From Vitrella brassicaformis CCMP3155 (lineage: Eukaryota > Protista > Chromerida): DNA of 64,000 nt. Location of the stretch: assembly GCA_001179505.1 (NCBI GenBank), contig CDMY01000228.1, positions 62,001 through 126,000 of the forward strand, given 5' to 3'. Of this stretch, positions 59,201-64,000 are shown one piece after another. The first letter of the stretch is position 1, and each line of letters begins with the position of its first letter. The notes under the pieces were generated by a model that had not been told where the DNA came from, did no database searches, and worked only from the letters and a program-made list of their open reading frames with translations. The position numbers and the translations under genes are program-made.

Positions 59201-62200
59201 GCGGGCGGCTGTCAGGGAGGACGAGAAGGAGAAGGAGAAGGGGGACGGTGGTGGTGTTAGTGGCGGTGAGGGGGCTGCTGGTAGTGGTGTTGGTGTTGGT
59301 GTTGGTGGTGTTGGCAGTGTTCGACCGGCAGATCGGCTGGAGGACAAACGACGGCTGTCCACCGTGCCCCGTAAGGGGCTCGGTAGCCGTATTGACCGGC
59401 TACCTGAAGGTCAGTCGGACCCTCCACTCCACCACACACCTTCGATCCCTCTGTGTCTGCCTGTCTGTCTGTCAGCGGCGAATCGTGCCCCAGGCCGTTT
59501 GAGCATCAGGCCCCCAACTTTGGTCGGGAAGGCCAAGCAGCGGCCCCGGTCTCGCGCGGCGCTGTCGTCTCTGCCGTCAGTAGCCGAGGATGGGGACGAG
59601 TGGGGTGCTCATGGTCATGATGGTGGTGGTGGTGGTGGTGGGCGGTGGTGCGACATCGTCGACCCACAGATGACGTCTGAGCACCCATCGCCGTTAGAAG
59701 ACAAGAAAGGTGGGTGAGATGGGTGGCGGGGCATGGATGTGCGTGTACGCGTGTATGGTATGTGTGGTTGGTGTCTGTCAGCCTCTACGCCGGCCAGGCG
59801 CGCGCGAAACCCGGAGAGCATCATCCGTAGCGACCTCAAGGGTCAGTCAGTCAGCAACAAGAGCACCTACACCACACGCATCCACACACACATGTCTTGC
59901 CTTCCGCAGAGGTTTTCCCCACAGCCGACGCCATCCTCATCGCCCCGCCAGACAACCCCGCACCAGCCGCTCGCCACAGCCACAAGGCCTCACGCAAGAG
60001 CCGATCCATGTCGCCGCCCCCTGCCACACCCACACACCCCAAGAAGCCTCAGAAGCCCCCTCTCCCTCCTGGCGCTCGTCTGGTTGCCGGCTCTGGGGCC
60101 TCCAGGCCACCTCGACCATTGATGGTGCCCACACCCAACGGGGCCGGTGTGCCGGCCTCGCCCGCCGTTTCCGTCATGTCGGTGCGGTCGATCGACAGCC
60201 GCGTGACGCCCCCTGTGAGCGTCGAGCGCATCAAGAGACGACTTTTCGTCAAGAATGCGCCACCCAAGGAGAAGGAGATGGAGAAGGAGCGCCGCCCCTC
60301 TCTGCTGCATCAGAGGATCTCGCGGGGATCTCTCGCAGGGCCTGCGCCCAAGACAGCGGCGAAGGCGGCGGGGCGCCGCGAGTCGTTGGCGCGGCCGGAC
60401 GAGTGGGAGTTCACTGAGATGGAGGATGGCGAAGCGGTGCCCCTTGATGCAGACGAGGGGGGGGACCTAGACGAGGGGGGTATGGGTGATGTGTGTGTGG
60501 GTGAGGGTGATGGGTACGGCGCGGGGCGCTTGTCAGTGTATGAGCGATTTGAAGAGTGGGCGGATGAGTCTATAGGTAGGTGAGAGAATGGGTGAAATTG
60601 GGAGGAGGAAGGACAGGCCGGCCATAGCCATCCATCCATCCATCCATCCATGTGTGTGTGTGTGTGTCTGTCTATCTGTGTGCAGTCGGGGAGGAGGAGG
60701 CCGCTGTGGTCGATGCTCAAGAGGACACCCAGAAAGCCAAAGACGCAACACATGGCAAGGTAAGGCAAGACAAGACAAGACCCACAAGCAACCAAACACA
60801 AAGGCGCAAACACACACACACACACACACACCCATCCCTCCCATCCCATGTGCAGCTCGGCGTCGATGGCACCCCCGCTGCTGCGGCGGCGGCGGCGGCG
60901 AGTGTAGAAGGAGGTCTGCAGCGTCCTCGCGCCAAGTCAATGCTGCCCCGCCTGCCCTACAGAAGCACCAAGCCAAAGCCTGCTGCTATCCAAACAAGGG
61001 ACAAGCAGACGACCGAAAGAGGTGAGGCAAACTGACAGCGACAGTGACACGCACAAGTCAAGGGCATCGCCGACCTTTACCCCCTCCCCTCCATGTGTGT
61101 GTGTGTGTGTGTGTGGTTTAGGGGTTGGCGAGACCTATCGTGGCGCGACTATGGCTCCTGCAGACTTCAACTTCGATGGCTTCGGTACGCCCCATGCACA
61201 CACACATGGGCTTCTTAAGGTGTGTGGTGTGTGCTACCCGCCAGACGAGCTCTCTGACAACGAGCAGGCGCTAGAGCTGATCCGTCAAGCAGTCAAGAAG
61301 GAGTACGACGCAATCGAGGCTCAATTCGGGGCAACGAGCTGGCAGGCCAGACTCGGTCAGTCATCGTGTGCCCCTCCTTAATGGCGTGGATGGAAAGGCC
61401 GATGGGTGGATGTGTGTGTGTGTGGTTCTGCCTGCAGCTGCACGGGTGTGTGACGACGCCATTCGCCGGACGTTTACACGGATGGAGGAGGAGGCGAACG
61501 TAGAGGAGGTACGTGCCCACCCAGACCAGACCCTCAAACACACAGAGACAGATACACCCATTCCTGTCATTTCTGTACATGTCTGTCGGCAGGATTCGCC
61601 GCCAGGAGGCGTATCGCAGGAGGTCACATTCACACACACACGGATCGGATGGAGGCCAGATATCTCCACCCATCCATCCAGCTTTCTGTGTGTGTGTAAT
61701 GGTCAGCTGGCGTGCGTGTTGAAGGAGCAGCACCTCGGCAGAGAGATTCAGCAACTCCAGCACACACGTGACAAGTAAGGAACCACCCATCCATCCATCC
61801 ATCCATGCATGCCCTCCACTGTCGCGTGTGTCATGTGTTGCTTTGTGCAGGTTGACGGCCAAGATAGCTCAATGGGAGGCAGCCATCAAGGAGTACCCAC
61901 CCGTCCCTCACCAAGGCCAACAACAGGACACTGCAGAGCAGACCACAGACGACACACAGCAGAAACCAGGTGGTGGCGGTGTGTCGACTGATAGTGGTGG
62001 TGGTGGTGCTGGTGCTGGTGCAGCCGATGCTGCCCCGGTGGAGCCACAGCATGACGCGTCAATAGCACTGCTGAGCAAGGTGAGAATGACGCACACAGAC
62101 ACAGACACAGACATTGATGGATGGATGGATGGATTTCCCCTATTGTTTATTGTCATGGTTGGTAGGTGGAGGAGGGCCAACGGCGGCTGTCACAGATCGA

Positions 62201-62697
62201 CCGATGGCTCTCAAACACGGTCCAGCCAATACAGGTAGGTCAGAACCATGCATGAGTACGGACCCACTGCACTCGCCCCCACACGCCTGCATGTCTGTCT
62301 GCGCCTGTCGCGCCGCGCCCAGGAGGACTTCATTCGTCACCTGGTAGCGTCATCGTCCCAGTACGCACCCCCCCGGCCCATCCAGGACACCCCCCGTGCC
62401 ATGCGGCTCGTGGGCCGACTCGCCAACGCCATGCAAGAAGAGGTACACGTACACCACACGCACCCACCCCTGCCCTGTCTGTGAATGAATGCATCGATGT
62501 GCGTGCCTGTCATGCAGATGAGCCGCCGCCCCTCGGCGCGTCAGTCCCTTACCGGCGGTGGGAGTCCCGGGGGCCGGTCCTCAGGCGCACCCACTGTGTC
62601 AGTCCCGCAGCCACGCCCGGACACTCGGCTGCCACGCGGCCCTCCGACCGACAGTGGGAATGCGTCAGAGAGGGAGGGTGATGGCACCAAGGGGTAG
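56202..62697 (+). CDS. Large disordered protein with C-terminal helical/coiled-coil domain (weakly DSN1/Mis13-like)
   Basis: Exon chain from MQNASSTQSEPP; P/S/G-rich; many R-R/K-x-S motifs; C-terminal exons DELSDNEQALELIRQAVKKEY, AARVCDDAIRRTF, LKEQHLGREIQQLQHTRDK/LTAKIAQWEAAIKEY. Could be more than one gene. Confidence 0.5.
57154..58230 (+). repeat. 550-bp tandem duplication spanning exon end, intron and next exon
   Basis: GGPQATPPGNYR(F/Y)FARAGLQPVHIERTPSSAFPGCSPSP occurs twice; identical intron starts GTAAGTGCTCGAAATGCGATACTGTGCTCGCCTTTGGCATT at 57281 and 57831. Confidence 0.9.
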
Positions 62698-63099
62698 CGT
62701 AGCGGAGATGGACGGAGGTTGGACACACCGGTAGCGAGACGCATGAATGCACATCACGTATGGCATGCGTGTGTAGCCAGCTGCATTCCGTTCCCACGGG
62801 CTGCCTAGTTCATCAAACACATATACATGGATGGCATGGGCGGGCGTATGCTATGCGCTGTGTGTGTAGCCATGCTCATATGACGACTGACTGGATGACC
62901 GACTGACTGACTGACCGGGGTACGGTGTTTGGATTGTGTGTGAATAGACAATGGAAATGGCCGCTCAAGTGGGCTGAGGCAGACATCCCCGCGGCTGCAG
63001 GGCTCATTTGCAATGGAAGAAAGCGAGTCACGCTCTCACGAACACCATCAGCTCGCAAATTTCTCCCTGAGTTTTTCATCGTTTTTCATCGTTAGGCAG

Positions 63100-64000
63100 T
63101 TCTTCCCGGCCTCCAGCACCATCGGGCGCCGCCAGCTGTGCATACGGCTCATGGCGTCCGATGGTGCTCCCCTGCCTGAGGTCCTCAGCCTCCCGCCCAT
63201 CGTAGTTACTGCACCAAAGCAGCAGCTGGAGCAGCACCCAATCCACCAATTGCAGCAGCAGGTCATTCACAAATCATCAACGCTCAATTGGGAGGTGCCG
63301 AGGGGCGATGGCGAGTCCCTCAACCTCCTGGCCACATCCTCCACTGTTGATGCATCAGACAAAGATGGTGGGCGTGGAGGAGAGCAATGCACGAAAGGAC
63401 CTGTGACTGCCATCTCATTGTTTGCTCCCGCTCTCCGTCTTGTCTGCCCTTCAGGTCTAGTAGTTCCCACTCAGGGGGATGTACCACGCGAGGACGACGG
63501 CGAGCCCACCCAGCTTAAGAACCACACTCCCACACCGGCCGCCAACCAGCAGCAGCCAGAGGAGGGCGCCACCACCAAGGGCCAACACCACGGTGTCGAT
63601 GAGTGTGCGGTGATGTATGACGCCTTGATTGGAGGAGCCGGTGGAGGGTCGAGCAGTGATGGCGTGAAGGTCAGCAACAGCAGCGGCGGGTATGGTGAGG
63701 GCGAGGCCGAGGGTCCCACTGGCAGTCCGCGGCCCCTCCGACCCGCCTTCGACACACGGTGTGTGGTGTGCAACACCGCAATGGGCACCATCATCATTTG
63801 CGAGTCCTGCGGCAAGGGCGTGCACATGGAGTGCAACAACCCGCCCCTCCACGTACGCCACGCCAGCCAACACACAACGCACAACACACCGCCTCTCCCC
63901 CCTCTCTGTGTCCGTGTGTGTCCGTGTGTGTCCTCCATCGGTCAGGAGGATCAGATTGAGTGGGGCACTCCATGGCGGTGCGACGCCTGCACGCAGCTTT
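63100..64000 (+). CDS. PHD-finger protein (start unresolved; continues beyond the window)
   Basis: Spliced exons give DTRCVVCNTAMGTIIICESCGKGVHMECNNPPLH/EDQIEWGTPWRCDAC, a C4HC3 PHD pattern with the W-x-C. Confidence 0.8.

Overview
Eukaryotic, intron-dense genomic DNA of roughly 60% GC (visual estimate). Introns are short GT-AG type and full of (CA)n, (TG)n, (GACA)n and (GGAT)n microsatellites. This style and the ankyrin/F-box-rich gene content fit best with the chromerid alga Vitrella brassicaformis (inference, not verified). About 20 multi-exon genes can be assembled by eye, most of them in tight head-to-head pairs. Recognisable genes: SmD3, RNase H2 subunit B, a bacterial-type Zn nucleoside deaminase, a kinase-ankyrin gene cut by a 300-N gap, a PTC7-type PP2C with an apparent frameshift, cystathionine beta-lyase, pyruvate formate-lyase activating enzyme, phosphoglycerate dehydrogenase, an F-box/LRR-like gene and a PHD-finger gene. 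Less familiar genes: a SAM-like/RS/3xRRM-like protein, two inverted paralogues of a signal peptide-ankyrin-TM-coiled coil-RING protein, and a secreted Cys-rich/MTase-like/fucosyltransferase-like protein. The most striking patterns are (i) many introns with CA-rich 5' halves and complementary UG-rich 3' halves that could pair across the intron, and (ii) the receptor-like ankyrin E3 ligase pair, whose short upstream region is duplicated and faces a different partner gene in each copy. No rRNA, tRNA, CRISPR array or recognisable transposon was found. Exon boundaries were read manually and are approximate unless stated.
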